IMG/VR virus record: IMGVR_UViG_3300033073_000410
Span: 1-64,000 of that record
Origin: a virus
Lineage: Duplodnaviria; Caudoviricetes
Direction: 5' to 3' (one strand)
DNA length: 64,000 nt
The notes under the pieces are model-generated. The model was not told the DNA's origin, ran no database searches, and was given only the letters and a program-made list of their open reading frames with translations. The position numbers were made by a program, and so were the translations under genes. The first letter of the stretch is position 1; each line of letters begins with the position of its first letter. Shown in pieces: positions 8,118-18,037 of this stretch.

Positions 8118-8577
8118 CCTTTGTTAATTTGTATACCAGCATAAATTGTTCGTATGCTTTTTTGACTGCCGGTACTTCTAGCATTTTCAATGCTTCATCT
8201 TCTAGTGCCTTCAAGCCTGCTTCTGCTACTTCTCTAGCACTAGGCCATTCAAGTTGTTTAGCGTCATCACCGAACACTTCGACAAGATGATTCCATGCTT
8301 CACGTTGTTCATCAGTTAGTTTGCGTTCACGAGATTTATAACCTAATCGCAATTCACCTGCATTAACTAAAGCACTTGATAGTGTATCTTCACACACTCT
8401 ACCTGCGGCAATTAATGGTGCATACATCGGGTCAACATGGTGTCGGGTAGAACTACCACCTGGATAGACCATAATCAAATGTGTTCCTTTAGGCAAGGCA
8501 TACGACAATTCATGGTCGTATTCGCTAACAGGATAGTATCTACTACCCTTCTTTTCATAAAAGACTTTCTTTGTCAT
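8095..8577 (-). CDS. Hypothetical protein
   Basis: Operon-coupled; C-terminal PAVKKAYEQFMLVYKL motif. Confidence 0.65.
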   Translation of the reverse strand: MTKKVFYEKKGSRYYPVSEYDHELSYALPKGTHLIMVYPGGSSTRHHVDPMYAPLIAAGRVCEDTLSSALVNAGELRLGYKSRERKLTDEQREAWNHLVEVFGDDAKQLEWPSAREVAEAGLKALEDEALKMLEVPAVKKAYEQFMLVYKLTKDENELES

Positions 8578-8810
8578 AGTTTGAATTTCTTTAAGTATTC
8601 ACTTGCCTCACGTGTGTGAAGTATCTCGGGTTCATTTGGTTCTGGATCTTCAATCTCTAACGCACCGAACTTATTTTCGTACAATTCAACAAACGTATCA
8701 ATCAAATCGGCAAACTCTTTTTCAGTAATACCAACCAACACTTCTTCCAGAATCATTTTGAATAGTTGTTTCTGATTATTATCCACCGAGTTTCTCCCAC
8801 ATATATTCAT
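8574..8810 (-). CDS. Hypothetical protein
   Basis: Operon-coupled ORF. Confidence 0.55.
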   Translation of the reverse strand: MNICGRNSVDNNQKQLFKMILEEVLVGITEKEFADLIDTFVELYENKFGALEIEDPEPNEPEILHTREASEYLKKFKL

Positions 8811-9006
8811 TCTCTTTCACATGAGCAACACACTTGAGATACCCATCTGACATAGCACGATGAATAGCCATTTTCAAATTACTAGGACACATATCTGAAA
8901 TTTCAATGTTAGCACGAGGTATTAGTGAAATGCCGTCAGACATAAGAAAGTCCGCGTCACCTTGTTTAATTTTCTTAAACTTAATTTGATTAGAAAGCAA
9001 TGTCAT
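8779..9006 (-). CDS. Hypothetical protein
   Basis: Operon-coupled ORF. Confidence 0.55.
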   Translation of the reverse strand: MTLLSNQIKFKKIKQGDADFLMSDGISLIPRANIEISDMCPSNLKMAIHRAMSDGYLKCVAHVKENEYMWEKLGG

Positions 9007-9355
9007 CGTTGGTCTCGTTGTCGTCAGGGTGATAAAACTCTTTAGTGTGGTCAGTTATGTTGTACTCACGTAAGTCAAGCTGGTGACGTTTAGGAATGTC
9101 ACCTCTGATATACTCGTACTTGATAAACTTACCCAATACCTTGTCAATCTCTTGTATAGTCTTGCCATGCCAACCACGTCCAAGAATATACTTGACCTTA
9201 ACCCACTTGACATTGTTCTCGGGGGCACCGGTGTAAGCACTTTGAAAACTGTAGTAGTCTGAATATCCACCACTCATTGAAACAAGTGAAAGAGGTCTAC
9301 ACCAATCTTCTGGCTCAACAATGTCATCCTTCTCAAGCATTTGAACTGGTATCAT
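8990..9355 (-). CDS. Hypothetical protein
   Basis: Operon-coupled ORF. Confidence 0.55.
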   Translation of the reverse strand: MIPVQMLEKDDIVEPEDWCRPLSLVSMSGGYSDYYSFQSAYTGAPENNVKWVKVKYILGRGWHGKTIQEIDKVLGKFIKYEYIRGDIPKRHQLDLREYNITDHTKEFYHPDDNETNDDIAF

Positions 9356-9582
9356 TTTTTCAATTCATCCCACATTAGTTTCTTAGCACGTGCGTCTAGT
9401 TGTGCTTCTTCTAATTTTATCATATCCCAAGCCATTGTTTCGAGCCACTTTACTACTGCCTCTTTACCTTGCTCAGTCAGATGACTATAATCTCTGCCCA
9501 CACCACTGTGGTAATAGCATTGTCGGTCTTTAACAATCTCATAAAGACCTGCATATATTTGCTTATGTAGAATGTGATTCAT
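9352..9582 (-). CDS. Hypothetical protein (start MNHILH)
   Basis: The shortened start minimises overlap with rnh. Confidence 0.55.
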   Translation of the reverse strand: MNHILHKQIYAGLYEIVKDRQCYYHSGVGRDYSHLTEQGKEAVVKWLETMAWDMIKLEEAQLDARAKKLMWDELKK

Positions 9583-10576
9583 GTAACGTGCCTTTGTATT
9601 CGCTATTGAGCCACTTAGCATAAGCGTCAGCTTGGTCAGAAATTTTTTGAAGTTCATACTTGCCACAGAATTTCATCAAGTGAATTCCCACTTGAGGTAC
9701 AGTTGTTGTTCGAATGTCAGTCTTGATAGTATTATCGACACTATCCTTAATATCTTGAGGTTGTGCGGTCAAATCAATCAATGTAACATTGCGCTTATAG
9801 TCATCAAGAACCTTGTGTTCACGGCCATCGTGGTCAGTCCAGCGTTGGAGCATCATGTTGTTCCAAACAAATCCTTGTTTGTCTTTATCTTCGTATGCTT
9901 CTTTGATACCGGCTTTCTTACTAGTACCTTTCTCACGTACACCCGGATACGCACTGAATACATTATCCGATGAATCGCCTCTGAGACATGTTTTGAAAAG
10001 CAAATATTGAGGATCTTCCAACAACTTAGGCTCTTTAGTCTTTTTATCTTTGACTAATACACCTTTGTCATTGTAGTAGCCCTGTAGTGTAATGAGTTCT
10101 CCAGATACCCCGTTGTATTGATGTACGTTGGTATCAATAAGCTGAACGTAGTCGGTATCACTACTAATAATATAATGCGTATCATTGGGATGTAAGTGAA
10201 TGAATCGGGCAATTAAGTCGTCTGCTTCTGCCTTAGGGTTGCGTAAGACTGAACAGTTTGTTTTCTCACGCAAGTAAGTTGTGAAAGCCTCGTAAGTCTC
10301 CCAGAACATATCGTTTTCTTCTTTTTCAGCTTGAGTTTGAACCTGCGTATCAACTATACGATTCTTCTTATAAGGTTCGTAGTAGTCCTTACGCCACGAG
10401 CGGCCCTCCAAGCAAAAGACAACGTGGTCAACACCGAACTTACGTACAATCTGATTGCAAGAAGCCAGTGTCAAGTGTAGGGCCATACCCACCTTCTCCC
10501 ACGTATCACTATTACGTGATGCAATATGACGAGCGCGGAAGAAAGTGTTGGCAGTATCAATTAAAGCGTATTTCAT
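9563..10576 (-). CDS. rnh: 5'-3' exonuclease / T4 RNase H-like (FEN family)
   Basis: LID, SWRK..Y..YK.NR, EADDLI, SSDTDYVQL, GDSSDNV..YPGV (H3TH). Confidence 0.9.
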   Translation of the reverse strand: MKYALIDTANTFFRARHIASRNSDTWEKVGMALHLTLASCNQIVRKFGVDHVVFCLEGRSWRKDYYEPYKKNRIVDTQVQTQAEKEENDMFWETYEAFTTYLREKTNCSVLRNPKAEADDLIARFIHLHPNDTHYIISSDTDYVQLIDTNVHQYNGVSGELITLQGYYNDKGVLVKDKKTKEPKLLEDPQYLLFKTCLRGDSSDNVFSAYPGVREKGTSKKAGIKEAYEDKDKQGFVWNNMMLQRWTDHDGREHKVLDDYKRNVTLIDLTAQPQDIKDSVDNTIKTDIRTTTVPQVGIHLMKFCGKYELQKISDQADAYAKWLNSEYKGTLHESHST

Positions 10577-10582
10577 GCGTTA

Positions 10583-10611
10583 ATTATATACGTATATTTA
10601 GATTTTGTAAA
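10583..10611 (-). promoter_or_regulatory. sigma70 promoter, probably leaderless transcript
   Basis: TTTACA-N17-TATAAT, 6 nt from the ATG at 10576. Confidence 0.7.
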
Positions 10612-10615
10612 CGAT

Positions 10616-11041
10616 TTAGGTCACATCTTCTAAATATTTTTCGGGAAAGTGTCTGATTCCATCTACAACCGTTTTCATGTTGTATCGTGTAATGGGCAAG
10701 AACACCTTTTTTACCCGTTTCATTTGCAAAGGATGACACTTAATGCGATCCTCAATGATATCACGCACGTATTCGGGTGTCACTTGAGTAAATTGTGGGT
10801 CAACATACTCACTTGGCTTGTGGTTACCTTGAGGGTTCTCTAAGTACGGAAACAATTCACGCATTAGGTAACTTTCGCAGTTCTTCACATGCTCGTCATA
10901 CCCATCAACAGCCACATATAGATGATGAATAGAAGGGTTGTTATTACCTTTATCATACGAAATGATACGTGACTTTGCTTTTTTAGTGATACCGGGCTTA
11001 ACCTTACCGTACACCTCGGCTACATATAACATCATGCTCAT
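10616..11041 (-). CDS. GIY-YIG/T5orf172-like protein
   Basis: LYVAE...KVKPGITK...SRI..Y..GN...E..L...SEY layout. Confidence 0.5.
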   Translation of the reverse strand: MSMMLYVAEVYGKVKPGITKKAKSRIISYDKGNNNPSIHHLYVAVDGYDEHVKNCESYLMRELFPYLENPQGNHKPSEYVDPQFTQVTPEYVRDIIEDRIKCHPLQMKRVKKVFLPITRYNMKTVVDGIRHFPEKYLEDVT

Positions 11042-12246
11042 TTGAATTTCGCTTTCTGTGCTGGTTCGAGTTGATTATACATGCAAGTACTGTTTTCAGT
11101 ATAGCGAGTAGTCAAGCTACGTGGTACATATTGATATGTGCCGCCTGCTTTTTGATACAACTGCATCAACAAGACAAGTGACGCATCACGAGGACATCCA
11201 CTAGGAACATCACCGAATGCTTTATCGTAGTATTTAGGGTACAATGATTGTGTCAAGTTCTTAAACTCTGCCCAACCACCTGCAACTTCTTTAACGACTG
11301 CGTTCAAGTCACGCATAAAGTCTTTGAAGTCTTGTGTAGAGAAGTCTGCACCTTCTTTCAACAAACGCTTACGCAAATCTTGGAAGGGAAGAATCTCAAT
11401 TGCATCAAGAGGTTCTTGAGGCCAATATGTTTCGTGATTCTCACCGAAGAATTTAACGTCTGCTACTTCTAGCTTAGTCAACAAGTTACAATGGACAACT
11501 GAACCTGCTTTGAAACGCTCAGTGCTGTCAGGATGTACTGGGAACAAGTTCCATGTTTCAAGTTCATCTTGGATACGTGTAGCAAGTTCGTACTTTTCTT
11601 GTGTTTCATTGTGAGGTGAGTCCAAACGCTTACCGAAAACATGGATCTTGTGCATTTCAAATGGGATGATAGCAAGTTTATCTTCACCGTTGATACCCAA
11701 GAAGTGTTCACGTGCAAAACTAAAGTCATTTGTCTCTACGACTTGACAGTTTACCTCAAGCTCTAACCAATCTTTAGGATCAACGTCTGGGAACTCACCC
11801 AACTTAGCACGTAGGGCAATTGCTAACACAGTATGCTGACCATCTGTGATATAGCATGTGTTGCTATTAGGTAATTGAATAACGTTGATTGTTGCAGGAC
11901 GGCGTGAGTCCCATGTAGTGATGATTCGAACTAGATGGTCGAAATTGATTTTGCGTTGTACTGCCAATGCTGAAAGAAGATGCTTAATCTTGATTCGCTT
12001 CATCTTTGGCATTTGGTCGTAACGTTGAGGTTTACCTTTACGACTTGTTTTGAATTCTGCTGTGGAGAGTAGTTGTTTAAGTTGTTTGTACTCGGGGCTC
12101 TCCATGAAAAGTTCTGCTAACTTATCAATACTATTCGAGTCAATGTATCCGGGTTTCTTATCTAACTCATTAGTAGGACGATCCTTTGCAGTGACCTTCT
12201 TAGAGTTTGGAACCCAATCGAATTTAAACTTAGTAGATGTTGCCAT
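11038..12246 (-). CDS. ParB/Srx-superfamily (DGQH, DUF6551-like) protein
   Basis: VQRKINFDHL..I...WD.....INV......YITDGQHT..A core. Confidence 0.6.
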   Translation of the reverse strand: MATSTKFKFDWVPNSKKVTAKDRPTNELDKKPGYIDSNSIDKLAELFMESPEYKQLKQLLSTAEFKTSRKGKPQRYDQMPKMKRIKIKHLLSALAVQRKINFDHLVRIITTWDSRRPATINVIQLPNSNTCYITDGQHTVLAIALRAKLGEFPDVDPKDWLELEVNCQVVETNDFSFAREHFLGINGEDKLAIIPFEMHKIHVFGKRLDSPHNETQEKYELATRIQDELETWNLFPVHPDSTERFKAGSVVHCNLLTKLEVADVKFFGENHETYWPQEPLDAIEILPFQDLRKRLLKEGADFSTQDFKDFMRDLNAVVKEVAGGWAEFKNLTQSLYPKYYDKAFGDVPSGCPRDASLVLLMQLYQKAGGTYQYVPRSLTTRYTENSTCMYNQLEPAQKAKFK

Positions 12247-12302
12247 ATATTTCCTTTCTGTGTTAATGGCTGTGCAACAAATATTATTTGAAGCACATAA
12301 GC

Positions 12303-12331
12303 ATTATACAACAGAAAATCAATAATGTCAA
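12303..12331 (-). promoter_or_regulatory. Consensus sigma70 promoter for the ParB/GIY-YIG pair
   Basis: TTGACA-N17-TATAAT (perfect). Confidence 0.85.
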
Positions 12332-12759
12332 CTAACTTCTGTGCGTCCGTTACCCAAATCTTTTTGTCTAATTACACGCAAGTCTCTATTGTCTGGGTCA
12401 GCTATCACTTGTTCATATACCTCAAGTGCAACATTGCGACAAACGTTTTGAAACCAGCGGTCTACAATCATGTGGTCAGTGTCACTATCTTTGAACTTAT
12501 AACCAGCACGAATCAAGTTCAATACAAACTTATCATTATAGTCAAGTTCAAACGAACCGCTGTTCAAGTCATTGGGGTCAACATCCATTCGTAGGATGTT
12601 GACATAGGGCTCACCTGCTTGTGTTGCTTTCTCTTTCTCAGATAGTTCCTTCTCAGGTTCCTTAACCTTAGGCATCTTCGGTATTTTTGGTTTAGGCATG
12701 TTCGGTACTTCTTTCTTACCGAACAGTTTTTTACCCCATAAATTGCTAAATAATCCCAT
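12328..12759 (-). CDS. Conserved phage hypothetical protein (start MGLFSN)
   Basis: GEPYV...FELDYNDKFV..L..AGY...IVDRWF..VC. Confidence 0.7.
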   Translation of the reverse strand: MGLFSNLWGKKLFGKKEVPNMPKPKIPKMPKVKEPEKELSEKEKATQAGEPYVNILRMDVDPNDLNSGSFELDYNDKFVLNLIRAGYKFKDSDTDHMIVDRWFQNVCRNVALEVYEQVIADPDNRDLRVIRQKDLGNGRTEVS

Positions 12760-13780
12760 CTTGTTTTGCTTTCTCATAAAGTTTGTGACTAGCAAGGTTC
12801 TTACCTTTACTTTCGCACATGATATCGAATTTATCACAAAACGATAGTGCCCAATTATTTACATCTTCGTTCCAAAAATAGTCACTATGGGCTCTAAGTT
12901 TTTGTTTATTGTATTTAGACTCCAAAAGTGTGTCTCTATCTGGGCGAACACGTGTGTCATGTCCAACGAGAACATCCTCACGACTGACAGAATAGTGGCA
13001 AGTAGGACGCACACCCCGCCAGCTATCCAAAACTTTTCTAACGTCATCGTGATTCGGGTCGATGTAAATACCTTCCCGAATCCAGTTGTGATGAATGTCA
13101 AGCACGATAGGAACCAAATCCATAAGAGCAAGGCAATCAGTAAGTCCATGTGTATATTCCTCGTTTTCGATTGTTAAACTGTTCCGTGCTTCAGGTGACA
13201 AACGCTTGTATGCGTCACGAATACCCTGAGCACCTCTACGACCACTGATGTGAACGTTGATTTTGATATCTTGAAATTTCTGACCAAAGCCCATCCAACG
13301 TGCCATGTCAGCGTGATACTCGAATTCGGTTATTGATTTCTCAACGATTCCATCTGATTCTGATGCGAGTACGACAAACTGGTCAGGATGAAAAGACACA
13401 CGGATATCGTTATTACGGATTGTTTCACCCAGTGGGGCGAACCAGCGCTGAAGGCTAGTCTGAGTATTAGGATCACGCCAGAAGTCAGTATATTCATCAT
13501 GTGTATAAAAGCTCAACATGTCGGAGGTGATACGCAACATGCGTAACTCAGGAGGAAGTGTTGCTACCTTCTTCAATAAGTTGTGGGTATTGACAATGTT
13601 TGTTTTTGCAACGTCAATAATCTTTTGTTCCACAATGTCACGCTTGTTGCGTTTAGCCCAGGCCATAGTAGTGCCACCAGTATTTAATCCTTCGGCACTG
13701 GATATCTCGCCTTTCTTATTAATCTCTGCCCATTTGCAAGCAAAGCCGATACGTTTGATAGATTGGTTGAATGTAGTCAT
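12746..13780 (-). CDS. uvsE: UV damage endonuclease
   Basis: RIGFAC, SFHPDQFVVLAS, INVH, TIENEE, VLDIHHNW, HYS, AHSD, IMCESKGKN motifs. Confidence 0.9.
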   Translation of the reverse strand: MTTFNQSIKRIGFACKWAEINKKGEISSAEGLNTGGTTMAWAKRNKRDIVEQKIIDVAKTNIVNTHNLLKKVATLPPELRMLRITSDMLSFYTHDEYTDFWRDPNTQTSLQRWFAPLGETIRNNDIRVSFHPDQFVVLASESDGIVEKSITEFEYHADMARWMGFGQKFQDIKINVHISGRRGAQGIRDAYKRLSPEARNSLTIENEEYTHGLTDCLALMDLVPIVLDIHHNWIREGIYIDPNHDDVRKVLDSWRGVRPTCHYSVSREDVLVGHDTRVRPDRDTLLESKYNKQKLRAHSDYFWNEDVNNWALSFCDKFDIMCESKGKNLASHKLYEKAKQDGII

Positions 13781-13786
13781 AGCGAT

Positions 13787-13815
13787 ACTATAACACATTA
13801 TTGAATTTTTAGCAA
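13787..13815 (-). promoter_or_regulatory. sigma70 promoter, probably leaderless transcript
   Basis: TTGCTA-N17-TATAGT (TGn extended), 6 nt from the ATG at 13780. Confidence 0.55.
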
Positions 13816-14625
13816 GTCTTCCATTGAGTACATACTTTTCATGTATCTACTAACGTCTTCCAGTACACTAGACGGAAGGTCTCCTTTTCTACGAGGGCCG
13901 GAACTAATACTAAAGTCTACATCGTTTACTCGACAAAACAAGTTAACCATTTCTTTGACTGTATAGCCCACACCGTGACCTAAACATTCAATACTATTGC
14001 TTGGTTGTTCAATCGCAGTTTTGATAGCTTCGCAAATTTCCATGACATGTACATAGTCTCTCACGCATGTACCATCTGTGCTTACATCATAATCAGTACC
14101 GTGAATAGTAAATGTGCCAGTATCAATAGCTTTGATAAGATTACTCATTAAACCATCAGGGTTTGTTGGTTGAAAGCCATCAGTACCAATGACATTGTAG
14201 AATCTGAATGTAGTGTAAGGGATATTCTTGTAGGTACACCACTCTCTAACACAATCTTCTGCCGCTTTCTTGCTTGTACCGTATGCACTCATACATCCTT
14301 CTGCCGCACCAGTACTTGCGAACACAAAGTTTTTGAACTTTACTGTGTTCATTACGTTCAATGTCCCGCAGAAGTTTGTCATATAGTAATCTGTTGGATG
14401 AGTTTCGCTCTGACCCACGTTTACTAGTGCGGCTAGGTGAACTACACAATCAAACACAATGCTATTAGCAGGAACATTCTGTCTAATATCATGTTTATAG
14501 TGTTTAGTCACTGGATGTTGTGGATTAACTAAATCCATGCCGTACAATTCGTACTCACCATCTAACAATTTAGACAAGTGACTACCAATGTAGCCTGAGT
14601 TACCTGTGATTAGAATCTTTTTCAT
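13798..14625 (-). CDS. NAD-dependent epimerase/dehydratase (GalE-like)
   Basis: ITGNSGYIGSH, HLAA, YGTSK, RFYNV, VRDYVHV, RRKGD. Confidence 0.9.
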   Translation of the reverse strand: MKKILITGNSGYIGSHLSKLLDGEYELYGMDLVNPQHPVTKHYKHDIRQNVPANSIVFDCVVHLAALVNVGQSETHPTDYYMTNFCGTLNVMNTVKFKNFVFASTGAAEGCMSAYGTSKKAAEDCVREWCTYKNIPYTTFRFYNVIGTDGFQPTNPDGLMSNLIKAIDTGTFTIHGTDYDVSTDGTCVRDYVHVMEICEAIKTAIEQPSNSIECLGHGVGYTVKEMVNLFCRVNDVDFSISSGPRRKGDLPSSVLEDVSRYMKSMYSMEDLLKIQ

Positions 14626-15974
14626 TCAAATGAAAACAAACTTGCGCCTGTAGTCTCCTCTATTGGTTCGTAGCTAGGATCTTTTGTTAAGTACGTATCG
14701 TTATCTGTGTAGATAGTTCTAAACTTACTACGATTAGTTAATGCTGAACGGCAATCATCGATACAGATAATCTTTCGTCCCAAGTCTTTGATATAGTCAC
14801 TGTATTTGACTGTAGTGTTCTCTAAAATCTTAGCGGTGTTACTGTTAGATTGCTTTGATTCAAACATACCAAAGCATGTATTCCATTTGTGAAACACACT
14901 TGCCTCTTGTTGTTTTGCATGGTCCAATGAACCTAAGTTATACCATTTCTCAGCGGTATCAAAACTATCATACAACTCTTTTGCTCGTTTAGCCATAGTC
15001 AACTTAGTGCAAGTATAAAAGTAATCACCGTTAAAGTTACCAGTCCATCGTTGCTCTGCTAGTACAAGTGTGGGTAATTGAATATGTTGCTCATAGAAAG
15101 CCATACCATAACTCTCAACTGTACTAGGGTTGAAAGCGATTCTACTTGACTTGATGAAGTCTACTTTCTCTTGTCCAATGATACTAGCACGGACATCGTA
15201 CTTAGCACCAATCTTTTCTAAACGTTCTTCAAACTTCTTAACGCCATTAGGACTAGTCATTACTTTAGCAGGTAAGCCTGTTTGCTCAATCAACTCAATA
15301 AACAACTCTGGATTCTTGCCTTCTTCCCAGCGACCTACGAACAAGATACCTTCACGCTCACCTTGATACTCTGTTAGTAAATCTCTTTCTGTGATAGGGA
15401 TAGGTAAGTGACAAACATTGTTTATTTGAATTCTATCTTCTAATTCAAGTTGGTTGAATTTACTTTGTGTACCTACATATAATGAACCTACTTGTAACTG
15501 TAGACGCATCATTTCGTTAGTGTTCTTTAAGAATGGGTTCTTAGTCCAATTAAAAATTTGACTTTCTAAATGAGTATAGCCAATAATTTGAATCACATCC
15601 TCAAGACCCATAGTACTTGCTACTTGAATTGTCTCATAGGTGTTGCAAACTAATGCGTCATATAGGTTGTGTTCAAGTGCTTCTACAATCGCATTACGAA
15701 AGTTAGCCATACGTTCATAATTAAACGTATCACCATACATAAAGATATTACTATGAGTAGTGTATGCTAACGGTTCTAATGGAGCAATGATGTTAGCCTT
15801 CAAACTCTTAATGAAGTCATTATCTTTAGGTTCTTTGTCTGTGATGATATCAACTTTGATGTTATATTCATCCATCAACTCGCAAAAACTCTTTGTGAAC
15901 TGACCAATACCACCATGTGGTATTAAAGTCTGCGAACTCACTAAGAAACCAATTCGTTTGTCGTATGTTCTCAT
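14622..15974 (-). CDS. GT-B glycosyltransferase (GT4-like)
   Basis: PHGGIG N-terminal loop, LFVGRWEEGKN, PSTVESYGMAFYE (E-x7-E). Confidence 0.8.
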   Translation of the reverse strand: MRTYDKRIGFLVSSQTLIPHGGIGQFTKSFCELMDEYNIKVDIITDKEPKDNDFIKSLKANIIAPLEPLAYTTHSNIFMYGDTFNYERMANFRNAIVEALEHNLYDALVCNTYETIQVASTMGLEDVIQIIGYTHLESQIFNWTKNPFLKNTNEMMRLQLQVGSLYVGTQSKFNQLELEDRIQINNVCHLPIPITERDLLTEYQGEREGILFVGRWEEGKNPELFIELIEQTGLPAKVMTSPNGVKKFEERLEKIGAKYDVRASIIGQEKVDFIKSSRIAFNPSTVESYGMAFYEQHIQLPTLVLAEQRWTGNFNGDYFYTCTKLTMAKRAKELYDSFDTAEKWYNLGSLDHAKQQEASVFHKWNTCFGMFESKQSNSNTAKILENTTVKYSDYIKDLGRKIICIDDCRSALTNRSKFRTIYTDNDTYLTKDPSYEPIEETTGASLFSFE

Positions 15975-16216
15975 TTAAATCTGTCCTTGATTGCTTCAAC
16001 ACATTGCTCAACTAACCTAGCATCAAACGTATCTCGTTCATATGTAGTTACAGGGAATTTGCGAACCTCTTTGACCGCAGTAATACATTCATTGATAACT
16101 AGGTCAATCAAATACTCAACACTTTCACCTGCAACTACTGGAGGCAGTTCTTCTCCATCATTACCGTAGCACATTCCGCCTGCTTCTGTTAACAGTTCTT
16201 TTATTTTTGCTCTCAT
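15971..16216 (-). CDS. Hypothetical protein
   Basis: ATGA-coupled ORF. Confidence 0.55.
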   Translation of the reverse strand: MRAKIKELLTEAGGMCYGNDGEELPPVVAGESVEYLIDLVINECITAVKEVRKFPVTTYERDTFDARLVEQCVEAIKDRFK

Positions 16217-16473
16217 ATCTTTTCTAATAATCTTAACTTGATGAATTCTTCTTTGGACATCCATTTATCTGTAAGTTGAACAATCTGAGTATCAAATCTT
16301 TTGAACCTACGACCACGATATGCTTTAGTAAGCCACATCCATTTGTTAGATTCTATACATTTGTGAGGGAGAATACAAAGCATATATACCCAATCACGGG
16401 TACTGCGGTCGTATTCTTCCATAGAAACAAAGTCATACCCTTGTTCAACAAAAACACCCATCAAGTGCCCCAC
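16213..16473 (-). CDS. Hypothetical protein
   Basis: LPHKC..S.K.MWL..AY motif; coupled. Confidence 0.55.
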   Translation of the reverse strand: MGHLMGVFVEQGYDFVSMEEYDRSTRDWVYMLCILPHKCIESNKWMWLTKAYRGRRFKRFDTQIVQLTDKWMSKEEFIKLRLLEKI

Positions 16474-17303
16474 TCGTTTTTAAATAACGGTACTTGTAAT
16501 CTATCTGAATAGCGCCAGCCTCGTTTCATTGCGGCTAGTGCTACGTTCTTTGCGTTCAATGAATATACACTTTCAACACCACCTACTGGCATCAAATAGA
16601 CAGGACCTTTAAAGCCACAACGTCTATATTGTTCTACTGCCTTTTCCGCTTCAAGTACATCTTCCTCTGAAGCCACAACGAACTTAAGGTATGTGAAACC
16701 CACATCGTAGTATTGACGTACAACGTCAGGCAAAATAGCTTCATCCCATTTCTCTCCGCTTACTGATAATTTAGGACTTACACTAAATGTAAGTGCGTTC
16801 TTTTCTCTGTTTCTCTTCCAATCTTGAAGATACTCACTAAACTCTGGAGATAACTTTTGAGTACCATTAGTCTCAAATGTAATCTCTTTGAGACTTCTCA
16901 TTTTCTCGTTTGAAAGTAAGTCTGGATATGCTCTTTGCCATCCGAGTAAAGGCTCACCACCCGTGATAACAAGATGCTCATCAAGCCAACGCTTTCCAGG
17001 CAGTAAATCAACAATGCTATCGGCAATACTATCAGTACTGAGGACAGGACTAAGATGCTTGAAACGAGGATCCCAACTAGCATACGAATCACACCCTGTA
17101 GACACCAACGGTAAATTTTTATACTCTGTGATACTATTTGCATCAATTTTGTTTCTTTCTTCACTTAATTGTCCTTTAGGCATGCCGAAGCCACCGCACG
17201 TAAAATTGCATCCGTAGATTCGTAAGAACACGGATGGTACACCCATATAACGGCCTTCGCCTTGGATGCTATAGAATAGTTCTGCTACTTTTAATTTGCT
17301 CAT
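16461..17303 (-). CDS. queE: 7-carboxy-7-deazaguanine synthase (radical SAM)
   Basis: ELFYSIQGEG..G.PSVFLR..GCNFTC...GCDS, ITGGEP, FETNG, SVSPK, LKFVV, RLQV. Confidence 0.92.
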   Translation of the reverse strand: MSKLKVAELFYSIQGEGRYMGVPSVFLRIYGCNFTCGGFGMPKGQLSEERNKIDANSITEYKNLPLVSTGCDSYASWDPRFKHLSPVLSTDSIADSIVDLLPGKRWLDEHLVITGGEPLLGWQRAYPDLLSNEKMRSLKEITFETNGTQKLSPEFSEYLQDWKRNREKNALTFSVSPKLSVSGEKWDEAILPDVVRQYYDVGFTYLKFVVASEEDVLEAEKAVEQYRRCGFKGPVYLMPVGGVESVYSLNAKNVALAAMKRGWRYSDRLQVPLFKNEWGT

Positions 17304-17449
17304 AGATATTTGATTATAACTTGTTCCACTAGTAGATAGTAAGACCATAAGGGAAAAACAATAGCAAAGAATGTAGACCAAAACCCATTAGCTATTACTA
17401 TTCCGCCCATCCAGAACAATAACATTACGAATGACATTACTTTGTTCAT
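17300..17449 (-). CDS. Small membrane protein, 49 aa (not in the track)
   Basis: MNKVMSFVMLLFWMGGIVIANGFWSTFFAIVFPLWSYYLLVEQVIIKYL; its stop overlaps the queE ATG. Confidence 0.6.
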   Translation of the reverse strand: MNKVMSFVMLLFWMGGIVIANGFWSTFFAIVFPLWSYYLLVEQVIIKYL

Positions 17450-17452
17450 ATA

Positions 17453-18037
17453 CTACCTATTAAGTTGGTGACCTGGCACATCAATGATGACCTCTTGTAA
17501 AGATACATTATCTCTCATTTCGATTAAATTTACAACCGTATTGGCTAACAAGTTTGGGTCCATCTTCTTTCCACCACTGAACATTTTGGTTAAATCAGTA
17601 TCTATTCTACCCGGAATGATAGACATAACATTAGGAAAGATTGGCTTAGACCCTAACCCATTATACGGGTAAACTATATCCATCTGCTCTTTCTTTGCAT
17701 TGTAATATAGCCGTCTTGCCGGGGTAAACATCTGTTGCACAGTTTCATTTACATAAATCACTTTACTACAAATGTTTACCACTAATTTGTGTCGTTCATT
17801 TGACCAGGCTGCTAACACAGCCTTAAGCATTAGAGTTTGTCCTACTGGAGTGTATGTGTTGTTGATGAACACATCACAGTCGTTCAACGAGGATATGATA
17901 GTATCACGAATAGTTGAATCGTCTATGTCATACCCGGTTGATTTGCTAAACCCTATTACTTCATGTCCATGAGATTCTAGTACATTCTTTAATTGAAGTC
18001 CTAGGCCCCTCGTGTGCCCGGTCAATGCTACTTTCAC
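17453..18037 (-). CDS. Short-chain dehydrogenase/reductase
   Basis: TGHTRGLG, FINN, YYNAK (YxxxK), PGRIDT. Confidence 0.8.
   Translation of the reverse strand: MKVALTGHTRGLGLQLKNVLESHGHEVIGFSKSTGYDIDDSTIRDTIISSLNDCDVFINNTYTPVGQTLMLKAVLAAWSNERHKLVVNICSKVIYVNETVQQMFTPARRLYYNAKKEQMDIVYPYNGLGSKPIFPNVMSIIPGRIDTDLTKMFSGGKKMDPNLLANTVVNLIEMRDNVSLQEVIIDVPGHQLNR

Noticed and set aside
10616-11041. Free-standing homing endonuclease
   Set aside because: It is short, lacks the DNA-binding tail typical of Seg/I-TevI enzymes, and is translationally coupled to the ParB-like gene.
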